Source of the DNA: Schmidtea polychroa
Lineage: Eukaryota
Direction: 5' to 3'
DNA: 64,000 nt
Assembly (NCBI GenBank): GCA_044892525.1
Contig: CM097886.1
Location: forward strand, 146,382,001-146,446,000
The notes below the pieces were generated by a model that was given only the letters and a program-made list of their open reading frames with translations, did no database searches and was not told the DNA's origin. The translations under genes were made by a program, and so were the position numbers. Positions 24,532 to 37,200 of this stretch are shown here, piece after piece. Position 1 is the first letter of the stretch. Each line of letters begins with the position of its first letter.

Positions 24532-25650
24532 ATGAATTACAACAGAGAACCAAAGCCACCAGTCAAAGCAAATCGACGACACCCGTTGGCAACGTATAAT
24601 TCCCAGACTCGAGATGAAACAGAGGTATACAGTACATATAAAGAAGAATACTTATACAGGTTCATCGGAAACACGGTCGCAGCGAAAATGAACCATCTTA
24701 CCTCAAACTATTGGTATTATCCTAGGAGAGTGGATATTCCAAATGATTTTAAATTCCAAGGAGGGCCTCGAAGGCAAATGATGGTGACGGTTATAAACAA
24801 CCAGTGAAGATTAAAACTGGCGGAACTATGCAGAGAATATGGTTCATGTCAGAAATTAGAAAACATTTGGATCCATGCGATCAATAGGCAATTCACTGTA
24901 TTTATGGCGGGATTAGAGTTACCTGTTTAATTGGAAAAACAGTGTACTCTAGAGATATACCATGCTGATGGACGAGAACGAAATATTATGATCCAGGCAG
25001 CAGCAGTTGATACCATAATCGCAGTAGAAATTTTGGACTTCAGGAAGCCATACCCAATAGTTAGCAAAAATGAACAATGTAAATCGTTTGTGAGGAAAAA
25101 ATTGAACAAAGCCGAGGAGAATCCAGTAAAACACTACCAAACGCACCAATACAAGTTAAAGGAACCCGATATTAGAGGAAACCTCGACGAAGATGATTGT
25201 TATCATCTGATAAGGAAGATTTGCGATAAGAAAATACTTGTAGGTATTTTGCTTAAAGATCTAATCTCGGTAGCCAATCTACCTGTGCAGCGAATATTGG
25301 GTATTCGTGACCTTTCTGCAAATAAACTATTGGAAACCAGAGGAGTCCCTAAGATTCATGGTCATTACAGATTGGGATTCCTGACAAAGACTTTCCTGCG
25401 TACGGTTCCCGGAGAACCAAGGAATTTAGTGGTCACCAATGAGGCACTGGCAATACGTGCAGTTTATTTACCTATCAGAAACGAATGGTTAGGCCATATC
25501 ACGATACCCCAGGAGGAATTCATTTCCGCAACTACAGCAGCAATAGTTGAACAGGAAATGACGCAGAAGACAAGATTACCCGAGCAACCCCAGCCTAAGA
25601 GGAAATCACCTGTGGACCTACCACCGCATCCAGCCATATCAATTTGGTAA
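24532..25650 (+). pseudogene. LTR-element cargo ORF2: ~372 codons with a C-terminal REX4/ISG20-like DEDDh exonuclease fold (two in-frame stops)
   Basis: ORFs 24532-24807 and 24931-25650 are in one frame, joined across TGA 24805 and TAA 24928. NPVKHYQTHQYKLKEPDI...KICDKKILVGILLKDL...IRDLS...RLGFLTKTFL...NEALAIRAVY..IRNEW parallels the REX4 pattern PVTDYRT..SGIRPEDL...LLKGRILVGH.L..D...IRDTS...SLK.LAK.FL...EDARATM.LY....EW. Confidence 0.7.
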
Positions 25651-25654
25651 GAAG

Positions 25655-26407
25655 ATGAGTACGAAACATGCGTTAGTAAGGCAGAGACGAAAAAAACACC
25701 CAAACAATCATCTGGTGCTGCCAAAGTCGGAAAATGCAGTAAGAAAGGAAAATCCAGAAGGAGGCAAGGTGAAAAAGATGTTAAAGAAAATATTACCCGT
25801 AAAAAGAGACAAATCTAAGCTAAAGTTGAAAAAAGTTGTTAAACAGGCGGAAGGAACGACAAAGGTGACACCCAACAATTTGGAAAATAGAAAAAGTAAA
25901 CCCAAGAAGATATTCAGTGAACCAGATGATGACATTGTGGAAGTTGCCTTTCAACCTCCGGTTAAGGAGATGCAAGAAGTAATAAAGGTTAAGTCGGAAC
26001 CTGTGGTTAGGCAGAAATTGTTGAAAATTACGAAGGAAAATATTATCAAGAAACCAGTTTCGGTTGATGTGGATGGCTTCGAACCAATGTGGTACAAACG
26101 CCCAGATAGTAAATGGAAACCCAGAGCCAAAGAGTATGACTGCCTACCAGTCACGGGAATGGCAGTAATTAACAACCAAAAGTATGATATTTATGACGTA
26201 GACTGAATCCCTTACGTAGTGTCTACGGTCATATTAACAAGCGCTCTGGATGGCAAGGCTCTGGCAGTGAGTTTTGAGCCAGAAGTCTTGCAGAAGAGGA
26301 AAAAGAAGTTGCAGCAGCAATATGTGGTTGCAAATAGCTACAGTACAAAGGAGTTACACCTCTACAAAATTTGTCGCCGAATTCATTGTGTGTATAAAGT
26401 GACTTGA
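25655..26407 (+). pseudogene. LTR-element cargo ORF3: Lys-rich ~250-codon ORF with one in-frame TGA
   Basis: ORFs 25655-26206 and 26219-26407 share a frame across TGA 26204-26206; basic low-complexity N-half and globular-looking C-terminal part. Confidence 0.6.
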
Positions 26408-26620
26408 TTATTATCTGACATTGTGACAATTTAGTCATTTGACATTTGATATTTATGATTCAGTTATTGTGATTTGATACATTTATTTTATTTTTGTGTA
26501 AAACTGTCTTGTCTTATTTGATAAATTTTTATGTTTTATTGTTATTGCTGTTTATCTAAAGCCTTTCACTTGAGTTACTTATCTTGTTTTCGAGACGAAA
26601 ATCTTTTAGGGGGTAAGACC

Positions 26621-27605
26621 TGTTAGGGATAGGCCAGGAGCCTGAAAGTTAAAATAATAAAAATTACTATATTTGGAAATAGGATAAATAAAAATAATAA
26701 ATAATTACTTAAAATAAAATATAGGTTTAATTAAATATTATAAATAAAAATAAGTTGTACATAGTAATATTTAATCATACTGATACTATAAATAGTAATT
26801 ATAATATTACTTATAATATTACTTATATTATACAAATATTATTTATTATAAATACTGGTTCAAAAACGAGAACCAGGGAGAGAAATAATTAGGAGAACAA
26901 TCAGACGAGAAAAATAAACGAGTTCACAGGAAAGGAAAACGATTGAGATTAAAATCTGAAGAGAAATTTTGGAGAAGTACTTTAGTCGAGTTTTAGACGA
27001 AAAACAGATTTTGTGGATATTGTACCAGTGGTAGCATATTGCAGTGACGTCTTAGAGGTGAAAATAAACTATAAATTGAAAACTGAACAATCAGAAAACA
27101 GGATAGAGATAATTCAGAAAATATTTTGAACCTGAAAATTCGTGTATTTGTAAAAGCAGATTAATTCCAAGGTAGAGTTTCATTAGTGAAGGATAATTCT
27201 TATCCTTTTGTGTTGATCATTTTAAAATTAAGCGAATACAATGTAGTGTTAACTTACTTTAGTATTCCCTCGGTGCCCCAAAATAATTAGCACTTACTTA
27301 ACCAACTCTTTCGTCGACTTTGCGATCGTTATGCTACATAGGAGCCATCGATCTCTTGCAGGCTGATATAAACAGCAGGGATTAACAAATCCATTGTCTT
27401 GTATTTTTATTTCTACACATACTTGTAAATTATCATTTGTAAATTATTGATAAAAGTTTTGTAAAGAGGAAGGAGTTTGTTTTTAATTCATCATTCTATT
27501 TAATTTAAATACGCGCAACCACATTAAATATATTATATTTATACCTAGTTTTATTTATTGGAGTCATAGTGTTGAGATCAGTACCCCTTCTTTTCGATCT
27601 TGACA
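26621..27605 (+). mobile_element. 3' LTR, family C (985 bp) preceded by PPT
   Basis: tgttagggata...cttgaca. Upstream ttttcgagacgaaaatcttttagggggtaagacc resembles the PPT context of family A. No PBS follows. Confidence 0.75.
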
Positions 27606-29439
27606 GAAGAATAGAAATTTTGATTGGTAATTTTTATTTAATAAATATTTTGAACATCAAACTTTGTCTTTTTGTGTTGCGATATATAGATAGATAACAC
27701 CAGTGCAACGTTGAGAATCTCAATTCCCGTTATCGAGATCTCAACACATCTATAATACAGGTTGGTGTGTAAATCAATTATAGATGACTCACCATTTGTG
27801 ATGAAATTTAATTTATAAGTTAATAATGGTTTTAGCCATTTTGGAAATGGTTTTCGAGTAAAATTTTTAATTTTTTAGTAAATTTTATGGTTTGAATTTT
27901 GATTTTTTATATAAATGAGCTCATTATTCAAGTTCTTAAATATTAATTTTAGTCAAAATTTGTATTATAATTTATTTTTAATTACTTTTCAGCTTTTATA
28001 AGGAATTCATACATGATATTTATTTAGGAATTTTTTCGATATAATGTAAATTAGATATATTTCTAGCTATCATTTATTAAAGAAATTAATCGCCAAATAC
28101 ATTTATTTTTTAATACATTATTTTCCCTGTTCTCCTGAAATAGTTTGTATGCTGCCACCTTTTATTCCTTTGGAAATTTATCCACATTTTTTGCATATGT
28201 AAATTATAGTTCCATTCACTCAACATTTTAAACAGTGAAGTTTTATAATCCTTTTATTACATGTGTTGGGCAAAAAGTTAGAAATTAAATTAATTTTTGC
28301 CTAAATCGAAAAGAACTATGAAAAATTGCAAAAATTCAAATTGAAAGAAAAAAATAGTGGTAAAGTACAAAATAGAATGAGAAAAAAAAGAAAATATAAT
28401 ACAAAATTGAATTAAAAAACAAAAAAGGTAAATAGAATAAGATTGCAAATAAGATGCAAATTATTATATGCTGTGTTTGTGAGTTAAATGAATTTTTTCT
28501 TCCACTTTCTCACTTTCTATAATATATGCTTTTATTCCATGCAATATAAAAAAATTCTACACAGACAAATTTTTGTGTTTTAATAATATAAGAGAATTGA
28601 CTTTTTTATATTATAGATGCTTTTATTCCATGCAAACAGGTGTATCATGCATACATAACATTTGACCACAGAACTAAAAACTCATTTTTGTTGAAGTAAA
28701 CATCTAAAGTTATATTTCGAAGTTGTAAAATGCAAATTGTAAATTTTGATACTTAATAAATTTTATATATATTGCATTGATAATTTCAAATCATTTTATT
28801 GAGACTTCAACGAATAAGCCAAATTTGAACATAATGTATGACTCACTTTCAGCTCGTGAGACTTCAGAATTTTTAATTTTACAAGTTTATCCCCAAAATT
28901 GAAATCTATTTTGGGAAGTTTTCTTTTAAGTTTAAATCATGATTTAAGTTGTTTAGTAATTCAGGATTTTTTCTATGTACGCTGTGAAACATAGATCCTG
29001 GATGCCAGGCATCATTTTATAAAGATCTTTTAACTCTGATTGTAAAATATCTGAGGACTTTAACCCTTTCAGGCCGGGTGTGCGTAATTATGCACTTTAA
29101 CTTCATTATTTTTTAGAGAACTAGAATCAATATGTTTTAATCACGCTTTTATTATTTAATGCTGACAATATTTATAAGCATAACCTAAAATTTATGTTAG
29201 TGTGTGTCAAGTTGTTCCTGAGATACTCCATAATTAAATGATCATAGCCAAGCAATTTTCAAAAGTACAAGGTTAGTATGATTTAATTTTATTTTTTATA
29301 CAGAAAATATAATTAAAATTAAAATATTTATATACAATAATGCAGATATAGATCGCAGCTGATCAGCCATGTCTTTTCCCTAACTTAAATTCAAAATTTA
29401 ACAATACAATAGATTAAAAAACTATGTGCATATATATGA

Positions 29440-30420
29440 TTAACTTAACTAATATCTCTTTATTCGTTTTCCCCACCAAAAATCGATTATTTTTCTCATG
29501 CGCCGGCGCTCTATCATTATTTTTCCTTAATCATTATCTCTTTGTCGCGCTTAATCTATTTCCTTTTAATCAATTTTCATTTTAATCATTTATCCTTTTT
29601 CAATTTATTTATTTGGTCCCTGACCAATCATCAACGCTCTAGTTATGAATCTCCACGTTGGCATTTATCTACCCTCGGCTTCCTTGCCGGTATAATCATG
29701 TTTTAACTCTCCAAAGTCTTTTACGACTCCTAGACTCCTGGGTTTTTATACCATTACGCCATATAATTCACTGTTAACCATCAACGCTTTGGTTTGTTAG
29801 ACCTCCGCATCGGTATCTGCTTCCGGCCATTTAATCATACTTTTAATCTCTGAAGTCTTTTACGACTCCTAGGCGTCTGGGCTTTTTTTGTCAGTTGACT
29901 TTTGGACCAATAAAAATTAGAGTTTCAATCTTAAATTCCCAATTAGCTGAGGCCTCACAACTGGCTCAATTCTTAGCCGCTTATTGAAAAGAGTCTAATA
30001 CCGGTAACTCCAATTTCATCGCCGTTTCACTGGGCTTGCGCGTCCGGGTTTTGATTCGATTCCTGCTAGCAATAATCACGAAGAAAAAAACATCCTTCCT
30101 AGTACTGGTGTGGTATCTGGGTTTTGTACCAATCAGGATTTAAAAAACACGGAAATGGCTAGTGGACTCTCGACCTTGATCCCCAAAAAGTGGTTAACAT
30201 TGATCTCACGACTAGTGAAGATAAAAGGATATTGGAGACTTTCGGCATTCTACCTCACAACTGGTCCGATCTTGGTTGCCTTTTGAGAACGAGCCATTTA
30301 CCGGTTGACTCGCATCTCACAACCGTTTCACTGGGCTCCTTGATAGTCGGTGTGGGTATATGGGTTTTGTATTGGGTGATCCAGCATCATCAGTCCCAAG
30401 GCTGATAATTTCCTGGACAC
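29440..30420 (-). mobile_element. Diverged LTR-like sequence with two pairs of internal repeats
   Basis: Duplicated blocks aagtcttttacgactcctag (x2) and ctcacaactgg...ccgtttcactgggct (x2); composition like family A LTRs; termini not resolved. Confidence 0.4.
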
Positions 30421-31539
30421 TACACTCGGGTATCTCGCCACTCGCTAGGGGAAAATTTCATATCAATGGGTACCTCTCTTTTACTCTCTGATTTGAAGTA
30501 CCAAAATGGTTTCTTCAAATCCGCAGCTGCTCTCGGATAGCTAAATTTTGACCTTCTGTGAGCATTTTTCAATTTTTATTTTTTAGTCAATCCCAGTCTC
30601 ACAGATTAATAAATATAATAATCGCGTTGGTTCATTTCCCCACAAGTGGTGATCAGTCACTCGACAGAAACTCCCCAACATTTGCGAAGGATCGTACTAT
30701 ACTCTCTCATAGGGTTATCAGGATTTCCCCATCCGGGTAAATGTTGTAAGGACGAAACACTTCTCATCCCCATACTATCTTATCTCTCTTTGCCAAAAAT
30801 TAAAAGAACAAGAAGAAAAATATGGAAATGGAAGTTGCACTGATCTTGTAGATCAGCTCATTTTACAGGATCTCGGCCAGTTCTGCATCCAATTTGACTT
30901 TGGTTGATTTAATTGCTGTGTTACTTGTCTATTTATTTAACGTATTTTGTGTCTTTCGCATTTCTATGTTCATCTTATGTTTTATACCTTTCGGTTGCTA
31001 TTATGGATTTTATTATTAATCCCTTTACCGTCAATTTCTTTTTCTGAAATCGAACCTTAATTGGCGGCTTTATTTGCGGCTATAAAAAAATTAATTTTTT
31101 AATTATTTTTCAAACATCTTTATCAACAATAACGAACAACTAATAACGAATAACAGTTAACTAATTAATAACAAATAAAGCAGTTTTTAGTATTGTTGTA
31201 AAGTAATGAGTAGTGGATAACAAGGTACTGAATAAGATGAACAATTGTTTTGCAACCTTTTGTAAGATATTTTTTGTATTGTCTTCAATTTTATTTATAT
31301 GACACAATAGAACAGCATAATAATAGTTGTTGTGATGATTTAGCCTATAGCGATGGGGTAATACAGCTACATTGAGGTTTGAAACGTTTTCTGAGATTTC
31401 ATGGGAAATGTTTTTTGTATAATTTTTTATTTTGTTTAGCCCTGCCATACATTCTTGCCCTCAGTAGGGCTAGAGTTGTGGTAGAGTGCATGGTTATTAT
31501 GGTTTGATGTTTCTAAATGACCTAGAATGACGTATTTAC

Positions 31540-31624
31540 GTTTAGCCGAGTATACTCGGGTCTACCGGTTATCAGCCGGTTTCGGCTTGACGAGTATCCC
31601 CGGGTCTACCGGTAAAGGGGTTAA
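31540..31624. mobile_element. piggyBac-like terminus
   Basis: Two direct repeats gagtat..cgggtctaccggt ending accggtaaagggg-TTAA. Another TTAA-CCCTTT terminus lies at 29060. Confidence 0.45.
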
Positions 31625-32639
31625 TTATTACTTATTTTATTACTTCGCATTTATCCACAATTTGCTTCGTTATCGCTTATTTAATCACATCTCCTTAAGG
31701 GAGATGTATTACAACTTACTCTCTAACATTTATCGACTATTCATCAACACGGAAGAAAATGACGATAGTTTGTGCGATAATCTAAGTAATTTTCGTTGGA
31801 GATCGAACGTAATCGACGAATATCTATTAAATCACCCTAGTGGGCATTCACACAAAGTCCATACGACTATATCGATTATCTACAGGTATAAACATCACAA
31901 AGTAAATTCACCGCGGACGTTCGTAGATTTCATTTCAAGTGTTTATTCGATCAATTAACTAGGCATAGAATTCTCTACGCGTCCAAAAACATATGATAAA
32001 CAAATACAGATATGAGTCATTTTGATTAAGTTAACACAATATTTAAATTAAAATTCGGTTATATTTTCTCTTAATAAATTTTTGCTAATAATGAATTAAA
32101 AGATTCACTAAATTACCGCAACTCGATAATGATGATGAAACCTATTTTTTTATCCTCCGACATTCCCCGGTCAAATCTAGTCCCTTGCGCCCTAAAATCT
32201 AAATGTCTGAGATACCATAAATATGAAGGTGGGAACGATATTCTGAGTTGAAATTGAGAAGTTTGTCATAAATCTCTTCGTACCTGCGAATGTAAGTCTG
32301 GGTAAGGCTTGAGACCGTTAAAAAGATCTATGAACCAATTATCCACCTTTTTTGTTTGAATCAAGTTGTTTTATTAACGCGTATGGATGCTATAATAGCC
32401 GAACTGTGGAAATGATTGCGCAATAGAGATGGTGCGTCATGGTATAGTCGAAACGCTTTGTCGTACACAGAAGTTGTTATGAAATTTATAGTTGTTTGTA
32501 GATTGGCCGCCATCATAAAAATTATAAAATTGCTAAGGAACTAATATTTTCTAAGAGACTAAAATATAAATATAGCCCTAAAGAGGAAATTTCTAAAATC
32601 CTCAATAATAAATTTGAATTTCATAAGCCTATGATGAAC

Positions 32640-34055
32640 GACATTACTCCAATACTCCTCTCACCCTGAGCTCTTCTATTCCTCTCCCTTTGACATTAAT
32701 GATATTAAACTTATCTTCACTCAACTAGACAATACCGCTTCGAGTATTGACAAAATTTCCCTCTCGGATTGAAAAAAATATTCACCCTTCGCAAAAAATT
32801 AACGCCCTTAAAATCTTCATTCATTCCCGTTTTATCTTTACATTTCGAAACTGTGTCATTAACCATAACATATTTAACTCACTTCGTAACATCCATCGCA
32901 ATTCTGAAATCCAACAATACGGATTTGACCTACAAATTAATCAAGCGATTAAAAACTCTATTGGGGATAGAGTAGTAAAACTCAATGACAACTTCTTTTA
33001 TGCTTCCAGCAAACTTGGGGTCTAGGACTAGTATCTTCTATCGATGAATATTTAATCCAAAGTTCATCTTATAAGAGCCCTCAACTCCAAAGATATTGGT
33101 TTTAAAAATTTAATAATCAATGAAATAAAAGAGGCTAGAGGACAAAGTGACCTACAAAATGCATTATCTTGGCTCAATGGTTCAATCTATACTAGTTAAT
33201 TAACATTCTCAATCTTCGCTAAATTTAAAAAATCTTCTCGCCGTCTCCTACACCAATACAGTATATCAACAAAAATTATATTTCTTAATGACCACCTTCA
33301 ACTGGAAATAAAACATAAAGATCGAATCAACTACTTCCCTGGTGGGAACTTAAATGATACTTCTTCTGAAATTCACAGTATCATTGGCTTTATTCAAGCT
33401 GAACGATGGTCCTGGATGAAATTCCAAGGCTACATTGCAAAAGCTATTGGTGAGAGTAGTATCGCTAATTACTTTAAAAATGACATTCTCCCAGATGTGC
33501 TCGAAATAACATCCTAAAACTCAAATACTCACCCCACCGCCTCAAAATCAACAAATCCATTCTGTGCAGGTATTGTCATGCTCATCCCGAAAACCCTGCT
33601 CACATTTTTAATCACTACCAAGCTAAAATTAACGCACGCAGAAATAAGCATGAAAATGTTCTACAAACAGTAGTTGATTTCTTTATTGCACACAACTTTA
33701 ATGTTGACATTTAAAAAGTCCCTGGGGGAACAGCCTCGAACCTCAGGCCTGACCTATTGATTAAATCCTCATGCAACAAATCAATTCATATCCTGGACAT
33801 TCAAGTCCCTTTTGACTCAAGAGAAAACTATAAAATGGCGAGAACCAATAACTATGCGAAATATAAAGAACTCACTGATGAAATTGGACACTTACATAAA
33901 TGCTCTCGTTGTCGATACTCTCGGCTCATGGGATAAAAAGAATGACCCAATACTTAGGATCATTGGCCTCTCCAATCCTGAGATTAAATGTCTGGCTAAA
34001 ATAGCCTGTATTGCTGCCATCAATAGCAGCTTTCAGATCTACCAACAACACATTT
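32640..34055 (+). mobile_element. Non-LTR retrotransposon remnant, R2/NeSL type (restriction-like endonuclease), RT core deleted
   Basis: Pre-RT NTASSIDKISLSD; thumb HPSQKINALKIFIHSRF; GGLGL-like KLG.LGL; RLE motifs LRPDLLI, LDIQVPFD, AKYKEL, DTLGSWD and SSFQIYQQH. Ends at an assembly gap. Confidence 0.85.
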
Positions 34056-34216
34056 NNNNNNNNNNNNNNNNNNNNNNNNNNNNNNNNNNNNNNNNNNNNN
34101 NNNNNNNNNNNNNNNNNNNNNNNNNNNNNNNNNNNNNNNNNNNNNNNNNNNNNNNNNNNNNNNNNNNNNNNNNNNNNNNNNNNNNNNNNNNNNNNNNNNN
34201 NNNNNNNNNNNNNNNN
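34056..34216. other. Assembly gap (N run)
   Basis: 161 N. Confidence 1.
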
Positions 34217-37200
34217 GGCCATGAGGGCCATTTGACTCAGGCCCCGAGTTGTGAAAGGGCCTCTATTTATTTCCTAATTTGGTCACAGTAGGTGCGGAAA
34301 AATTAAGTTGAAATATTATTTTGAGTATTAATTTATTTTATTTTAACCAAAGATTTATAAAATATAACGATACAAAAGTTATAGTAAAAATTTCAAGTTA
34401 TTGTTATATGTATGTATAAAACTTTTTTACGTAGTAGGCCAATTGCATAAAAAAGAATATTTAATTTTCAATTATTAAAAATTTAACTATATTTCATATT
34501 CAGTACAATTTTAATTTTCCTATTGAGTATAGCTTTTGGTTCCGTACTATAAATTTTAGTGATTATAAAATTAGTATTTTTTTTATTGTTTAGTGATATT
34601 TGTAATCTGTAAGTTTAAATGGAGTTAATATTAAAAAACTTTCTATTTAATTCATAAGTAATTAATTTTAGGAATATAATGAAAAGAACATATCCGAGTG
34701 GCGCAAGCAAGAGACGACAGAAAAAAAGAACAAGAACAAGCCAAGCAAAGTCTGCCACGATTAACGAAATTCTTTAATAAAAAAACATCACTGCACAGAT
34801 TATCAATCAAACAGTCAATCCTGAAAATGAAACTACTCATGCTATTTCACAAATGGCAAATGTTATTGCTGATGTTGATACTCAAATTTCGGTGGTTGAA
34901 AATATAACTTCAGAACAAATAGAAGATACTTTGTCACCATTACAGATAATTGTTGATGATACAAACATGGAAGAAAATTACGTGTCATCTAATCTACCCA
35001 ATATTCAAAGAATTGAAGCAACAACTTCAATACCTGTTTTCAACGATGACGTCGCCTTACTTAACAAGAAAAATATAATGCAAATGGAAGATTTTTTGAA
35101 AATTGAACATTTTAAAATACCTGAAAACATCCCAAATGATGCTGAAAACAATAAATTTCCATATCGTCTGACGAAGAAGGTTTTAGCGAATGGAGAAATT
35201 TGCAACAGAGATTGGCTATGCTGGAGCAATTCAAAAAAATCATTATTTTGTTTTCCGTGCTTCCTACAAGATACGAAATTTGATGCATCAGTTCTCGGTA
35301 GCCAATCAGGATGGGATATTTTAAGAGGATGGAGGAAATTGAAAGATCGCGTACCCGCACATGAAAATTCAATTATTCATAAAAAAAATTATGTCCATTG
35401 GAAATCAGCAAGTAGATCTGCATTATTAAAGTCGTCATTAGGATCATCTCAACTTAAACAACTAAACTGTGAGTCAAGTAATTGGCAGAAAGTTCTTCAC
35501 AGAATTTTGGATGTTATATTTTTCCTAAGTGAGCGTGGTTTGGCATTATTTGGTTCTAATGAGAATATTGGAAATTCGCGGAATGGAAACTTTTTAGGTA
35601 TCATAGAATTGCTCAGTAAGTATGATCCAGTTTTATACGAACATGTAAAAAGTGTTCGTGAGTCACAAGACAAACACAAACGTCTTCAAGTTCATTATTT
35701 ATCATCAAGAATTCAAAATGAATTCATTCAGATTTGTGGAAAATTTGTGCAAAGAAAAATTATTGAAGAAATTCTTGATTCTAAATATTTTTCTATTATT
35801 GTGGATGCGACACCAGACTGCTCACACCAAGAACAAACGTGTCTTGTAATTCGTTATGTAAAATAATAAATCGTATTCAATTGAGGAAAGATTTATTACA
35901 TTTGAATCATTTACACAAAAAAGAGGAATCAAAATCGCTACACGAATTATTGAAATTATTGAAAATTTTGGCCTTGATTTTAATTTATGCTTTGGGCAAG
36001 CATATGATAATGGTGCTAATATGGCAGGACAGTATAACGGTGTGCAAGCTGTGCTGCTTGAGCGTAATCCGAATTGCATTTTTTCCAGTTGTGGAAATCA
36101 TACTCTTAATCTTGTTGGAGTTGACTCTGCTGAATCATGTAAAGAAGCAGTTACATATTTTGGTTGAATTCAACAGATGTATTTTAAAGAAATATTTAGC
36201 TGTGTCACTTCACACAATATCAAAGACAAGATGGTCTGCTCGAATTGATGCTGTTAAACCAATTTACAATAATCAGTCAAATATTCTGGCTGCTTTAGAG
36301 GAGTGTAAGTCACTAAACCTTCCACCGCACGCACGTACCGAACTTCAGTCAATTTTTCAATATTTGGATACATTCGAATGCATTGTGTTGACAACAATAT
36401 GGCTTGAAATATTAACGTTATTGCAACAAACTAATTTAATTATTGAAGCACGCAATGCAACACTTGACGTAGAAATGGAAAATATTAACAATCTTATTGC
36501 CAGGATGAAGATAATGCGTGAAGAGTGGGGCAGATTACTCTTAAGTTCAAAAGAGATTGCCGTACTTTCCAAAATTTCAACTGATTTTCAATTAACTCGT
36601 CATATTAGGTCACAGTTTGATGCTGAAGAACATTATAGAGTTAATGTTTTTATATACATTATTGATTCGGTTATTTCAGGCTTGACACGTCGCTTTGAGT
36701 CTTTACGCAAAATTTGCCAGACTTTTGGATTCCTTTGGAGTTTTCAAACTTCATCAGATGAGGAAATAAAATCGAGAGCAAAAAATATGCACTTAAAATA
36801 TCCAAAGGAAATTTCAAATGAAATATGTTATGAAATAATATTTTTAAAAAATATTTTTGAAGTAAACTTTGATATAGAATCATCTCCAGCTAAGTTGCTG
36901 CTAAACATTTTAGAAAAAAACCTAATTGGATTGTTTCCAAATATATCAACAGCTTTAAGAATATTTTTAAGTCTACCTGCCTCCGTTGCTTCAGCGGAAC
37001 GCAGTTTCAGTGTGTTGAAAAGGGTTAAAAATTTTAACAGATCGGCAATGAGCCAAGAACGGTTGAATGGGCTAGCCATTTTACATATAAATTCAGATAT
37101 TGCACGAAATATTGATTTTTCAACTATTATAAAAGATTTTGCTACAAATAAAGCTCGAAAAGCTTATTTGTAATTTAATTATTAATTTCATACTTTTGAA

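Noticed and set aside
24805-26206. Recurrent in-frame TGA suggesting a TGA=Trp code or programmed readthrough
   Set aside because: TAA stops also interrupt these and other TE ORFs, and the intact host gene uses TGG for Trp. Ordinary point decay is sufficient.
31527-31958. 143-aa ORF as a gene
   Set aside because: It starts in piggyBac-like terminal repeats and crosses into unrelated sequence; no recognisable motif.
33812-34291. ORFs spanning N runs (also 57332-57626)
   Set aside because: They stay open only because of the assembly gaps.
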